From Acidobacteriota bacterium (GTDB lineage: Bacteria; Acidobacteriota; Thermoanaerobaculia; UBA5066; Gp7-AA6): a stretch of 64,000 bases of DNA. Positions 1-9,342 of this stretch are shown here, piece by piece. Each line of letters begins with the position of its first letter. Within the stretch, counting starts at the first letter, position 1. The stretch spans positions 5,589-69,588 of the forward strand of contig JBDTRB010000002.1 of NCBI GenBank assembly GCA_039931865.1, given 5' to 3'. The position numbers and the translations under genes were made by a program. The notes below the pieces were generated by a model, which saw only the letters and a list, made by a program, of their open reading frames with translations, did no database searches and was not told the DNA's origin.

Positions 1-384
1 CGCGGTCGCGTCTTCGCACGCCTCGATCGCGTCGAGCACGGAACCGGGGAGGCGGTCGCGCCTTCCGATGACCGAGAGACGCACTCCGTTGCGTTCGAGC
101 TCCTCCTGCTCGGCCCGAAGGTATTCGCCGAAGAGGCGCAGGAGCATCCGGACCTCCTGAGGCGGCCGCTTCCAATTGTCGGAAGAGAACGCGAAGAGCG
201 TGAGGGTCGTGATCTTGAGGCCAGGCGCTGCCCGGACAGTCCGGCGAACCGCGTGCGCGCCGCGCCGGTGCCCTAGCGCTCGTGCCATTCCGCGCGCGGT
301 CGCCCAGCGCCCGTTGCCGTCCATGATGATTGCGACGTGGAAGGGTCCTTCCGATCCCTCCGCGAGAATTGGTTCCCCGAGCAT
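1..384 (-). CDS. uppS: Isoprenyl transferase / undecaprenyl-diphosphate synthase, N-terminal 128 codons; the 3' part runs off the window edge
   Basis: Absent from the ORF track because there is no stop in the window. The reverse-strand ATG at 384..382 gives [42 protein letters not shown]...[29 protein letters not shown] and FSxxNWxRP are the cis-prenyltransferase signature blocks. Confidence 0.85.
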   Translation of the reverse strand, partial: MLGEPILAEGSEGPFHVAIIMDGNGRWATARGMARALGHRRGAHAVRRTVRAAPGLKITTLTLFAFSSDNWKRPPQEVRMLLRLFGEYLRAEQEELERNGVRLSVIGRRDRLPGSVLDAIEACEDATA

Positions 385-490
385 TTCTACCTCCTGCCCG
401 TGGAGTCTAACTCCTTAAAGTACTTTTTGTTGTAAAGTAATTGAGGCAAAACGAAGGCACGGTGAGGCAGATGGGTCGGAGGCAGATGAG

Positions 491-515
491 GGTCAGACCA
501 GAAATCCTGATCTCA
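491..515 (+). repeat. Dispersed intergenic repeat, copy 1 (GGTCAGACCAGAAATCCTGATCTCA)
   Basis: Near-identical 25-mers recur at 4577, 7137 and 8699 in both orientations. All copies lie between genes. Confidence 0.7.
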
Positions 516-579
516 GCGACGTGGGGAGGAACTTGACTCCGTTCTCGACGATGGCCATGCTTCGTGAAGCGAGGTTCTC

Positions 580-1056
580 ATGCGGTCCTCCCGGCTTCTC
601 CGACTCGCGCTCGTTCCGGCGATTTGCTTCGGATTGCGGGCGGCCGTCGACGGTCAGAATCCTGCTGCGGGAAAAGCGGCGACTCGGGCTGGTCCGGGCC
701 TGGCCCTGGAACGCCCGGCGTGGGTGGGTTTTCTGTGGCGGCTACGGCGAAGCTCGGGAGAAAGCCCGCGTCCGACGCTGTCCGTGTGTGGGGTGGTTCG
801 CAGCGGGCCGGCCGACAGAGCGGGGCTGCGAGGCGACGATCTGATCGAGGAGATCGACGCGAACCCGCTCCCGTTCCGTTCGATTCCCGAGGCGCTCGAT
901 TACTTCGCGAGGCTCGATACGACCCATGAGCACGTCTTCAGCGTGCGTCGGGGACAGGAATCTCTGAAGATCCGGATCACGGCGATCGAGATGCCGTTGG
1001 AGCGACTCGAGGAGTGGAGATCTCGCCGGAGCAAGTTCGTGTCCGGCCCCTTGTAG
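580..1056 (+). CDS. Secreted PDZ-domain protein
   Basis: N-terminal signal-like MRSSRLLRLALVPAICFGLRAA. The PDZ-like core is VCGVVRSGPADRAGLRGDDLIEEIDANP. Confidence 0.55.
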   Translation: MRSSRLLRLALVPAICFGLRAAVDGQNPAAGKAATRAGPGLALERPAWVGFLWRLRRSSGESPRPTLSVCGVVRSGPADRAGLRGDDLIEEIDANPLPFRSIPEALDYFARLDTTHEHVFSVRRGQESLKIRITAIEMPLERLEEWRSRRSKFVSGPL

Positions 1057-1065
1057 ACTCGCCGG

Positions 1066-1146
1066 CACTTTGCCCCTGTCACCCGGCGCCCGGCGCCCGG
1101 CTCGGGCCTTACGAGATCCTGTCGGCGCTCGGCGCGGGCGGAATGC
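1066..1146 (+). pseudogene. Orphan 5' fragment of a Ser/Thr kinase gene (about 25 codons)
   Basis: About 80 nt are nearly identical to the start of the kinase at 4624 (..[21 protein letters not shown]). The frame then leaves the kinase sequence, so there is no catalytic domain. Confidence 0.6.
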
Positions 1147-1338
1147 GAGCCGTGTCCGGGGTCCCCGCTCTGGCTGTCGGAGCAAAAGTCAGAATTCCAA
1201 AATCAGCCGACAGGTTGACCCTGGCCGCCCTCAGCTGAGGAATGCCGAGGGTCCGATAACGTCACAGAAATCAGCGAATCAGGACTGCCCCAATTATGAT
1301 GGCGCCAAAATGACGCGCCATCCCGCTGCACGCGTTTC

Positions 1339-3927
1339 ATGACGGTCGCGCCGGGCACGCGGCTCGGTCCGTACGAGATTCTTTCGCCGCTCGGTGCGGG
1401 CGGCATGGGCGAGGTCTATCGCGCGCGGGACAGCCGCCTGGAACGCGACGTGGCGATCAAGGTGCTTCCTGCCGCCCTCGCTTCGAACGCGGAGCGCCTG
1501 AAGCGCTTCGAGAAGGAGGCGCGCTCCGCCTCCGCCCTGAACCATCCGAACATCGTCACCGTCTACGACCTCGGAACGACGGACGGCGTCTCGTGGATCG
1601 CCATGGAGCGGGTCGAAGGAGACACCCTCCGTAAGATTCTCGCCTCCGGTCCGCTTCCATTGAAGAGACTTCTTTCCTACGGCGCGCAAATCGCGGAGGG
1701 CCTTGCCAAGGCCCACGCGACCGGTATCGTGCACCGGGATCTCAAGCCAGAGAACCTCATGGTGACCAGGGACGGCACCGTCAAGATCCTGGACTTCGGG
1801 CTCGCGAAGCTCACGGCGCCGTCGTCGGAAAGCGAGGGCGGCGACGTCTCGCACTCTCCGACGATGTCGCTGGGAACGGAGGCGGGCATCGTCGTCGGAA
1901 CGGTCGGGTACATGTCGCCGGAACAGGCGATTGGCTCCGTCGTGGATTTCCGGTCCGACCAGTTCTCGTTTGGATCGATCCTCTACGAGATGGCGACGGG
2001 AAACCGGGCGTTCTCCCGGGCGAGCGCCCCGGAAACCATGACGGCGATCATCCGGGCCGAGCCCGAATCGCTTGCGACGGCCGCGCCCTCGACGCCCGTT
2101 CCCTTCCGCTGGATCGTCGAGCGCTGCCTCGCGAAGGACGTCGAGGAGCGGTACGCCTCCACGAAGGACCTCGCGCGCGACCTGGGACGCCTTCGCGAGG
2201 GGCTCTCCGAGGGGAGCTTCTCCGGATCAGAGGCCGCCATGCCCGCTCCCGCCCCGCGGCGGCGGACGAGGCTCGGTCTCGCCCTCGCGGCGGCCGTCGT
2301 CGTGGCCGCCGCGGCAGCGGGCGCCCTCGCGATGCGGAGGCCACGGAGCGGCCCGCCGCTCTACCGCCCCGTCTCGTTTCACCGCGGCTCTCTGGGCGTT
2401 GCGCGTTTCGCGCCGGACGGGAAGACGATCCTCTACACCGCCGCCTGGCAGGGCCACGCCCCGCAGCTCTACTCGACGCGCCTCGACAGCACCGAGTCCA
2501 CGGCGCTTCCGCTGCCGAGCGCCAACCTGCTTTCGATCTCGAACGGAGGAAAGCTCGCGATCCTCCTCCTCCACGGCAACGTCACTTCCGCGATCGCGGA
2601 GGTCTCTCTCGCCGGTGGCGCGCCGCGCGAGCTCGTCGCGAGCGATCCGCCGGGAGCGCTGATGTTTGCGCAGGGGGTGGCAGACTGGTCCCCCGACGGG
2701 GAACGTCTGGCGATCGTCCGCGACGGCGCCCTCGAGTTCCCGGTCGGGAAGGTTCTCGTGTCCGCCACCAACGGGCAAATCGCAGGGATCCGGTTTTCCC
2801 CGGACGGGCGCCGAATCGCCTATTCCATGGAAAAAGGGCCGAACAACTGGGACGTCGCCGTTGTGGACCTCGCGGGGGAGATAAAGACACTCGTCACCGG
2901 ATGGGAAATCATCGCGTCGCTCGCGTGGCACCCGGTAACGGGCGAGATCTGGTTCTCCGGGCGGAATCGGACCGGGAACATCGGCGTCGTCGAGCTTCAC
3001 GCCGTCTCGCTTTCCGGCGAACAGCGCGTCGTCGGGCGCACTCCTCAGCTTCTGATCGTGCAGGACATCGCGCGCGACGGCGGCGTCCTCGCTCGGAGCG
3101 ACGACTGGCCAGAGACGATGATCTGCATGCCTCCCGGCGGATCGCGCGAGCTCGACCTGACCTGGCTCGACTTCTCGCAGGATGTGGCGCTGTCCAAGGA
3201 CGGGCAGGACGTCCTCTTCATGGAGGGGGGTGCGGGGGCCGGCGCGAGCGGAGGCGTGTACATCCGAAAGACGGACGGCTCGACGCCCGCGGTCCGGCTG
3301 GGCGACGGCTGGGATGCGGAGGATCTTTCCGCCGACAAGAAGTGGGTCGTCCAGCTCCAGCCGGACCGTCTGACGCTGCTGCCAGTGGGGCCCGGAGAGA
3401 AGAAGACGATCCACGATCCCAACTTCCGATACGTGCGCGCCGCATGGTTTCCGGACGGCAAGCGGCTTCTCGTGACGGCGGCGGAAAAGGGGCACGGCAG
3501 GCGTCTCTATGTGCGGGACCTCGGGGCCGGGCCGCCCCGGCCGATCACTCCGGAGGGTGTCCACGGGCCGCACCTCCTTCCGGACGGGACGCGCGTGCTC
3601 GCGATCGACGCGAAGGAGAACAGGATCCTCTATCCCGTGGACGGGGGTGAGCCGCGACCGGTGCCGGGAATCGGGGCCGACGAATCGATCTTGGGATTCG
3701 ACGAGAGGGGCGAGAACGTCTGGGTCGGCCACGGGGTCATACCCCTCCGCATCGACCGTTTCGGGCTCGCTACCGGAAAGCGCACGGTTCTGCGGGAGAT
3801 CAACGTCGCCGACCCGACAGGCGTCGAAACGATCCAGACAACCCACGTCTCCTCCGACGGTCGGAGCTACTGCTACAGCTTCATGCGGAGCCTCTCGCGC
3901 CTCTACGTCATCGAGGGTTTGAAGTAG
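1339..3927 (+). CDS. Ser/Thr protein kinase with a TM segment and a C-terminal TolB-like (PD40/WD40-like) beta-propeller
   Basis: [33 protein letters not shown] and GYMSPEQ motifs. A hydrophobic stretch LGLALAAAVVVAAAAAGALA follows, then repeated SPDG..IAY propeller motifs. Confidence 0.9.
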   Translation: MTVAPGTRLGPYEILSPLGAGGMGEVYRARDSRLERDVAIKVLPAALASNAERLKRFEKEARSASALNHPNIVTVYDLGTTDGVSWIAMERVEGDTLRKILASGPLPLKRLLSYGAQIAEGLAKAHATGIVHRDLKPENLMVTRDGTVKILDFGLAKLTAPSSESEGGDVSHSPTMSLGTEAGIVVGTVGYMSPEQAIGSVVDFRSDQFSFGSILYEMATGNRAFSRASAPETMTAIIRAEPESLATAAPSTPVPFRWIVERCLAKDVEERYASTKDLARDLGRLREGLSEGSFSGSEAAMPAPAPRRRTRLGLALAAAVVVAAAAAGALAMRRPRSGPPLYRPVSFHRGSLGVARFAPDGKTILYTAAWQGHAPQLYSTRLDSTESTALPLPSANLLSISNGGKLAILLLHGNVTSAIAEVSLAGGAPRELVASDPPGALMFAQGVADWSPDGERLAIVRDGALEFPVGKVLVSATNGQIAGIRFSPDGRRIAYSMEKGPNNWDVAVVDLAGEIKTLVTGWEIIASLAWHPVTGEIWFSGRNRTGNIGVVELHAVSLSGEQRVVGRTPQLLIVQDIARDGGVLARSDDWPETMICMPPGGSRELDLTWLDFSQDVALSKDGQDVLFMEGGAGAGASGGVYIRKTDGSTPAVRLGDGWDAEDLSADKKWVVQLQPDRLTLLPVGPGEKKTIHDPNFRYVRAAWFPDGKRLLVTAAEKGHGRRLYVRDLGAGPPRPITPEGVHGPHLLPDGTRVLAIDAKENRILYPVDGGEPRPVPGIGADESILGFDERGENVWVGHGVIPLRIDRFGLATGKRTVLREINVADPTGVETIQTTHVSSDGRSYCYSFMRSLSRLYVIEGLK

Positions 3928-3953
3928 GTTCCTTTGGGTCGGTCCCGCCGGGG

Positions 3954-4561
3954 TCAGTCCTCCCATGTCGGATGTCGAGCCGGGAGGGCGAGGAGGTTTA
4001 GCAACCTATCGTGGTCTGAGCCGCGGCGGACCTTGATCCGGTCGTAGAAACGGTGCATCTCCGGATCCTTACCGAGGAGGATCCAGGCGCTCTCGACCGG
4101 AACGCTGCGCACGACCGGATTGCCCTGGGGGGTGATGTGTCCGTGCCGGACCAGATCGCCGCTGGAATGCTCGGAGAGAGTCACGCCCACGTAGGAGCTC
4201 AATGCCTCTCCCGTCGGGGAAGCGGCCGAAGTTCACGATCTCCACGACCAGCGTCAGCGCCGTCAGCCGTCCGATCCCCGGAACGCTGGACAGCAACTTC
4301 ACCATCGGTGCGTAGTTGGCGGACTTCGCCATTTGCCGGAGCTTTTTCGTCAACGCGTCGACCGGGGCGTCCGGATCAAAATAGAGTCCTCGCAAGCTCC
4401 TCGAGGACTCGTTGGAGCGAAGGATCCTCGAGCTTCAACCCTCGCTGCCAGGCCCTCTTCACCCGCTGACGCGGCCGCACCAGCTCGACGTCTGCGACTC
4501 GGCCCTTGTTCGGGGATGATCGAGTGCACCTCAGGGGAGAGGTGCCGGCCCGGCTGGTCAC
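3954..4561 (-). mobile_element. IS110-family transposase remnant (frameshifted; the N-terminal catalytic part and the extreme C-terminus are missing)
   Basis: Three overlapping minus-strand frames carry LVRPRQRVKRAW.., SVPGIGRLTALTLVVEIVNFGRF (Transposase_20 HhH motif) and YVGVTLSEHSSGDLVRHGHITPQGNPVVRSV.VESAW. No DEDD N-terminal domain is present. Confidence 0.75.
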
Positions 4562-4576
4562 CCGGTCGAGCGGATC

Positions 4577-4603
4577 TCAAATCAGGATTTCGGGTCTGAC
4601 CCC
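4577..4603 (-). repeat. Dispersed intergenic repeat, copy 2 (TCAAATCAGGATTTCGGGTCTGACCCC)
   Basis: It is the reverse complement of the 7137 copy apart from 2 mismatches. It lies 20 nt upstream of the kinase start and 16 nt from the IS110 remnant. Confidence 0.7.
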
Positions 4604-4623
4604 TGAAATAGAATCCGCGCACT

Positions 4624-7134
4624 TTGCCCCTTTCACCCGGCGCCCGCCTCGGGCCTTACGAGATCCTGTCGGCGCTCGGCGCGGGCGGAATGGGAGAGGT
4701 GTACCGGGCGAAGGACACCAAGCTCGGGCGGGACGTGGCGATCAAGGTGCTTCCGGAGGGCGTGGCGCAGGACTCGGAGCGGCTGGCTCGTTTCGAGCGG
4801 GAGGCGCGCTCGCTCGCCGCGCTCAACCATCCGGGGATCGTCACGATTTACGCGGTCGAGCAATCGGGCGAGACGCGATTCCTGGCCATGGAGCTCGTCG
4901 AGGGCGACACTCTCGACACGGCCATCGGTCCCGGAGGACTTCCTCTCGCCCGCTTCTTCGAGATCGCCGTTCCGCTCGCCGATGCGCTGTCCGCGGCCCA
5001 CGAACGCGGCATCGTCCACCGTGACTTGAAGCCTGCCAACGTCATGATCACGCGCGAGGGAAGGGTCAAGGTGCTCGATTTCGGCCTGGCCAAACTCGAA
5101 GCGCCGGACTCCGAAGCAAACGGAACGGACATGCCCACCGAGAGCCGGGTCGACCTTACGGGGAAGGGCGAGGTGTTCGGCACGGTGGCCTACATGTCGC
5201 CGGAGCAGGCGCGCGGCGGGAAGATCGACGCGAGATCCGACGTCTTCTCTCTCGGAGTCGTCCTCTATCAGATGCTGACCGGCGAGCGGCCGTTTGCGGG
5301 CGCGTCCCCGGCGGACATGATTTCGTCCATCCTGCGAGACCAGCCCTCTCCGGTCACCGAGGTGCGCTCGGACCTTCCTCCGCACCTCGGGCGGATTCTC
5401 CGCCGCTGCCTCGAGAAGGAGCCGCGCGACCGTTACCAGACCTCGCGCGACGTGTACAACGAGCTGAAGGATCTGCGAGCGGAGACATCCCCGGCCCCCT
5501 CGCCCTCGACGCCGAAGCTCGAGAGCGCGACAGGAGGAAGCAACCGCCCTCCGTCCGGAGCCCTCACTTCGGCGGTCGTCGAGGTTGCAGCCGCACCCCG
5601 CGCTCCCGCGACATGGAGGCGGCGGGCGCGATGGACAGTGTCGGCCGGCATCGCCGCAATCGTTCTGGGTCTGGCGCTGTACGCGGCCATGCGAACCGGG
5701 GTCCTGCACCGGCCATCTCGGCCGGGGGACACCGGCACCGAGCCGCATGCGATCCGATCGATCGCCGTTCTTCCCCTCGACAATTACTCGGGCGATCCCA
5801 ATCAGGACTATTTCGCGGAGGGGATGACCGACGAGCTGACTTCGGATCTCGCGACGATCAGCCAGCTTCGCGTGATCTCACGCGGCTCGGTGATGCAGTT
5901 CAAAGGAAAGAGCCGGCCGCCGACACCCGAGATCGCTAGAATCCTGAACGTCGACGCCCTCGTGGAAGGTTCGGTGCTGCGGGCCGGCGACAAGGTTCGA
6001 ATCACCGCCCAGTTGATCGACGCGCGCGCAGACCGGCACCTCTGGGCGAAGAGTTTCGAGCGCAGCTCGCGCGACGTCCTGGCGCTCCAGGACGAGCTGG
6101 CGTCGGCGATCGCCCGCGAGATCCACGTGCAGCTGACTCCGGCCGAGCAAACACGGCTGACCAGCGCCCGAAGCGTGAATCCCGCAGCGTACGACGCATA
6201 CCTCAAGGGCCGTTACTTCTTCAACCGCCCGAGCGACGAGAACCTGACCAAAGCGATCAACTTTTTCGAAGAGACGGTCAAGCTCGATCCGAAATACGCA
6301 CCCGCGTTCTCGGGCCTTTCTGACGCCTATCTCTGGGCGGGCTACAACGAGGGAGTCTGGACGGGCTCGGAGGCGAGGCCCAAAGCAAAAAGCGCGGCCG
6401 AGAAGGCCATCGAGCTGGATGACCAATCTGCCGAGGCACACACTTCGCTTGCCAACTTCAAGCTCTGGTACGAATACGATTGGGCAGGCGCTGAGGTCGA
6501 GTTTCGCCGCGCTTTTGCGCTCAATCCAAATTACGCGTTCGCCCACGACCAGTTTGGCCTCGGTCTCGCCCTTCAGGGAAGGTTCGACGAAGCGATCTCG
6601 GAGGGCACGCGAGCGGCTGAGCTCGACCCGCTTTCCCCCCAGATTCCCCTCGACTCGAGCGTCGGGCTCGCCTTCCAGGGGAAATACCAGGCTGCAAAGG
6701 ATCTGGTGAGGAGAGCCGGCGATCTCGATCCGACCCTGTTTTTCGTTCCCTGGGAAGCCGGCTGTATCGCCCTTCAAGAGGGCAACGTGCGCGACGCGGT
6801 CCTGATGTTCCGCAAGGCCAAGGCGATGGAATCGCCGGCGTTCGTGTCCGCGTGGCTCGCGTACGCCTATGGAGCTTCGGACGACCGGGCGGGCGCGATG
6901 GCGGAGCTCGAGGATCTGAAGAAGAGGTCGTTGCGCGGTTCGGTGACGCCGTTCAACATGGCGCTCGTCTATCTAGGCCTGGGCGATCGGGCGCGCGCGC
7001 TGGAATACCTCGAAAAAGCGTACGCCGCCGACTCGCAGTGGCTGGGGTGGCTCAAGAACGACCGAACCTTCGATCCTCTCCGCTCGGAACCGCGATTCGC
7101 CGCGCTGTTGAAGAAGGTGAGATTGGAGAAGTGA
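4624..7134 (+). CDS. Ser/Thr protein kinase with a TM segment, a TolB_N-like periplasmic module and C-terminal TPR repeats
   Basis: [35 protein letters not shown] and AYMSPEQ motifs. TM segment [17 protein letters not shown]. Followed by [30 protein letters not shown] and then TPR-like helices. Confidence 0.9.
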   Translation: MPLSPGARLGPYEILSALGAGGMGEVYRAKDTKLGRDVAIKVLPEGVAQDSERLARFEREARSLAALNHPGIVTIYAVEQSGETRFLAMELVEGDTLDTAIGPGGLPLARFFEIAVPLADALSAAHERGIVHRDLKPANVMITREGRVKVLDFGLAKLEAPDSEANGTDMPTESRVDLTGKGEVFGTVAYMSPEQARGGKIDARSDVFSLGVVLYQMLTGERPFAGASPADMISSILRDQPSPVTEVRSDLPPHLGRILRRCLEKEPRDRYQTSRDVYNELKDLRAETSPAPSPSTPKLESATGGSNRPPSGALTSAVVEVAAAPRAPATWRRRARWTVSAGIAAIVLGLALYAAMRTGVLHRPSRPGDTGTEPHAIRSIAVLPLDNYSGDPNQDYFAEGMTDELTSDLATISQLRVISRGSVMQFKGKSRPPTPEIARILNVDALVEGSVLRAGDKVRITAQLIDARADRHLWAKSFERSSRDVLALQDELASAIAREIHVQLTPAEQTRLTSARSVNPAAYDAYLKGRYFFNRPSDENLTKAINFFEETVKLDPKYAPAFSGLSDAYLWAGYNEGVWTGSEARPKAKSAAEKAIELDDQSAEAHTSLANFKLWYEYDWAGAEVEFRRAFALNPNYAFAHDQFGLGLALQGRFDEAISEGTRAAELDPLSPQIPLDSSVGLAFQGKYQAAKDLVRRAGDLDPTLFFVPWEAGCIALQEGNVRDAVLMFRKAKAMESPAFVSAWLAYAYGASDDRAGAMAELEDLKKRSLRGSVTPFNMALVYLGLGDRARALEYLEKAYAADSQWLGWLKNDRTFDPLRSEPRFAALLKKVRLEK

Positions 7135-7136
7135 TA

Positions 7137-7161
7137 GGTCAGACCTGAAATCCTGATTTCG
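7137..7161 (+). repeat. Dispersed intergenic repeat, copy 3 (GGTCAGACCTGAAATCCTGATTTCG)
   Basis: Starts 3 nt after the kinase stop codon. It is inverted relative to the 4577 copy. Confidence 0.7.
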
Positions 7162-7243
7162 TCGAACGGCGTTCGGGGCGACGCGGGATGAGTCAGGGAG
7201 CGGTCCGCGCTGCCGCCCTCCGGAGCAGGGAGATACTGCTTCC

Positions 7244-7675
7244 ATGAATAACGATTCCGGTCTCTCCCGCGATCCCGACGCCGCATCCGCGTCCTTCCGC
7301 GCGCTCAGCCTCGAAGTTTCGTTGACCGTGAAGGATCTTCCGAAGAGCCTGGCCTGGTATCGCAACGTGATGGGCTTTTCCGAGGATCAGAGGCACGAGC
7401 GCGACGGAAAGCTCATGGCCGTGTCGCTGAAAGCCGGGAACGTGCGGATCCTGATCGGCCAGGATGACGGCGCCCGGGGATGGGAGCGCGTCAAAGGGGA
7501 AGGGTTCTCCGTGCAGTTCACTACGGACCAGAACATCGATGAACTGGCGGCTCGGATCCAGTCGCAGGGTGGGGTTCTGGCAACCGAGCCCATCGATATG
7601 CCGTGGGGAGCACGGGTCTTCCGGGTACAGGATCCGGATGGCTTCAGGATCGCGGTTTCTTCACCGCGGGCCTGA
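7244..7675 (+). CDS. VOC (glyoxalase/bleomycin-resistance) family protein
   Basis: LTVKDLPKSLAWYRNVMGF .. GFSVQFTTD .. MPWGARVFRVQDPDGFRIAV is a typical paired beta-alpha-beta-beta-beta module. Confidence 0.85.
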   Translation: MNNDSGLSRDPDAASASFRALSLEVSLTVKDLPKSLAWYRNVMGFSEDQRHERDGKLMAVSLKAGNVRILIGQDDGARGWERVKGEGFSVQFTTDQNIDELAARIQSQGGVLATEPIDMPWGARVFRVQDPDGFRIAVSSPRA

Positions 7676-7693
7676 CATCAGGGCCGACCCTTT

Positions 7694-7750
7694 CCCCTTG
7701 CTTACCGAGGGGAGGCAGGCGTAGGCTCCCCTAGGAAACCGATATGAGCC
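7694..7750 (+). promoter_or_regulatory. Orphan copy of the padR promoter/leader module
   Basis: CCCCTTGCTTACCGAGgGGAGgcagGCGTAGgCTCCCCTAGGAAACCGATATGAGC matches 32111..32168 almost base for base. Here the ATG opens only a 21-codon frame. Confidence 0.5.
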
Positions 7751-7825
7751 CGGAACGGGCCCGCCTCACCACGCACGATGCACGATGCACGATGACGATA
7801 GCTTCTTGACCTCAGGAGGGTAACG

Positions 7826-8332
7826 ATGAAACTGCTCCGGAGCTTCGGTCTGATCGCTCTTCTCGCTCTGACGCTCTTGCCGGCCGCTCTGCGCGCCGCC
7901 GAAAAACCGAATCCCGGGTGGGAGCGAATGAAATCGCTGGTCGGCGAATGGGACGGCGTGTATCAGGGAAAAGCGCCGGTCCACGTCTCCTACAAGATCG
8001 TCTCGAAGGGAACGACCCTGATGGAGATCATGTCCAGCTCGGAAGAGCCCGACATGGTTTCGATGTACACGCCGGACGGCGGGCGCCTCCTGATGACCCA
8101 CTACTGTTCCGAAGCGAATCAACCGCGGCTGCGAGCGGAGGCGACTCCCGCCGAGCCCAAGAAGATCTCCTTCGGGTTCGTCGATGCGAGCGGTCTCGCG
8201 ACGCCGGCCGCCGGCCACATGCACCATCTCGAGGTGGTGTTCAAGGACCCGGACCATTTCTCCCAGGAGTGGACGCACCGCGCCGATGGCAAGGACATGA
8301 CCTCGACATTCGACTACACGCGCCGTCGTTGA
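7826..8332 (+). CDS. Secreted DUF1579-like protein
   Basis: Signal peptide MKLLRSFGLIALLALTLLPAALRAA. The W..LVGEWDG.Y and LLMTHYC blocks resemble the 44241 paralogue. Confidence 0.6.
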   Translation: MKLLRSFGLIALLALTLLPAALRAAEKPNPGWERMKSLVGEWDGVYQGKAPVHVSYKIVSKGTTLMEIMSSSEEPDMVSMYTPDGGRLLMTHYCSEANQPRLRAEATPAEPKKISFGFVDASGLATPAAGHMHHLEVVFKDPDHFSQEWTHRADGKDMTSTFDYTRRR

Positions 8333-8497
8333 CAGGGAGGGCGGGCTCGTGGCTTGGCCAGGGACGCGCCGGCGCTGAGATTCTGAATTCACCGATTCGG
8401 CGCTGACTCCTCGGGGTCCATGAACCAGGGCCGACCGTCGCCCCGCCCTTTTTTCGCTCGAAACTTGTCGGGCTCGATGCGCCTCCCCTCGCCCCGG

Positions 8498-8525
8498 CCC
8501 TCTCCCCCGGCTCGCGTGGAGAGGG
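8498..8525. repeat. CCCTCTCC-N12-GGAGAGGG hairpin repeat
   Basis: An 8-bp GC stem. It has the same arm sequence as the hairpin at 46808..46833. Confidence 0.4.
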
Positions 8526-8698
8526 AGCGAAGCAGCCCGAAAGGATCCCGCGAGTGCGCGGAGGTTCTCGCGGAGTCGATCGGCGGAGCCATCGCGGAGG
8601 AGCCTGTCGACCGCGGAATGGTTCTTCTTCCAGATGGGGAGTGACTCGAGACGAGGTTTGGCTACTCCCTCGACCTGGAGACCTCGCGGTCGAGCTGA

Positions 8699-8726
8699 GT
8701 CAAATCAGGATTTCGGGTCTGACACC
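8699..8726 (-). repeat. Dispersed intergenic repeat, copy 4 (GTCAAATCAGGATTTCGGGTCTGACACC)
   Basis: Same 25-nt core as 4577, in the same orientation. It lies just downstream of the 3' end of the XRE-cupin gene. Confidence 0.7.
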
Positions 8727-8754
8727 CCGGGGGTGGGCCGTTCGGCGCGAACTC

Positions 8755-9342
8755 TTACGGGGTGGTGACGACGAGCGCGTCGCAGGCGCCGCGGCCTACG
8801 GCGCGGTAGCTGTGGGGCACGGACGAGTTGAAATAGGCCGAGTCGCCGGCCTCGAGGACATGGTCTTCCTCCCGGACGCGGAGGGCGAGGCGGCCATGGA
8901 GCACGTGGAGGAACTCGGCGCCCGGGTGGTGGTGCGGCCGGGCGGTCTCCGCGGAGATCGGGCGGAACGTGGCGTAGTACGCGCTCATCTTTCGTTCGAG
9001 GGCGGCGAAGTCGAGCGACTCGAACTCATACGCCGGCTCCCTGGCGCCGGGCCTCTCCGGAAATCGCTTCCTCTCGCTCTTTCGAACGATCGCGACCGGG
9101 TTGTGCCGCCGCTCGTCGGAGATGAAGTGGTCGAGGCCGACTCCAAAAACGAGCGCGATACGCAGCAGCGTCGGCAGCGGTGGGTAGAGCTTTCCGCGCT
9201 CGATCTTCGACAGCAGAGCGGGAGACAGCCCCGTATGCCGGCCGAGCTCGACTAAGCCGAGCTTCTTTCCGAGGCGGAGAGCCCGAAGTTTTTCGCCGAT
9301 GCGGTATGGCTTCAGCCCTTCCTGGATCGTTGGGGAGAGCAC
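8755..9342 (-). CDS. XRE-family HTH regulator fused to a cupin domain
   Basis: HTH segment IGEKLRALRLGKKLGLVELGRHTGLSPALLSKIERG. The C-terminal cupin has HHHPGAEFLHVLHG...AGDSAYF.S.VPH. Confidence 0.85.
   Translation of the reverse strand: MLSPTIQEGLKPYRIGEKLRALRLGKKLGLVELGRHTGLSPALLSKIERGKLYPPLPTLLRIALVFGVGLDHFISDERRHNPVAIVRKSERKRFPERPGAREPAYEFESLDFAALERKMSAYYATFRPISAETARPHHHPGAEFLHVLHGRLALRVREEDHVLEAGDSAYFNSSVPHSYRAVGRGACDALVVTTP

Noticed and set aside
2227-3966. 579-aa minus-strand ORF antisense to the 1339 kinase. The same kind of long ORFs occur at 4633..5748, 19541..21712, 32456..35308, 41569..43302, 43005..44207, 48139..49347, 49469..50818, 61640..63157 and 61678..63429.
   Set aside because: They have an Arg/Pro/Gly/Asp-dominated composition and no recognisable motifs. 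They lie exactly opposite ORFs with clear family signatures. These are typical shadow ORFs of GC-rich DNA, where stop codons are rare in all frames.
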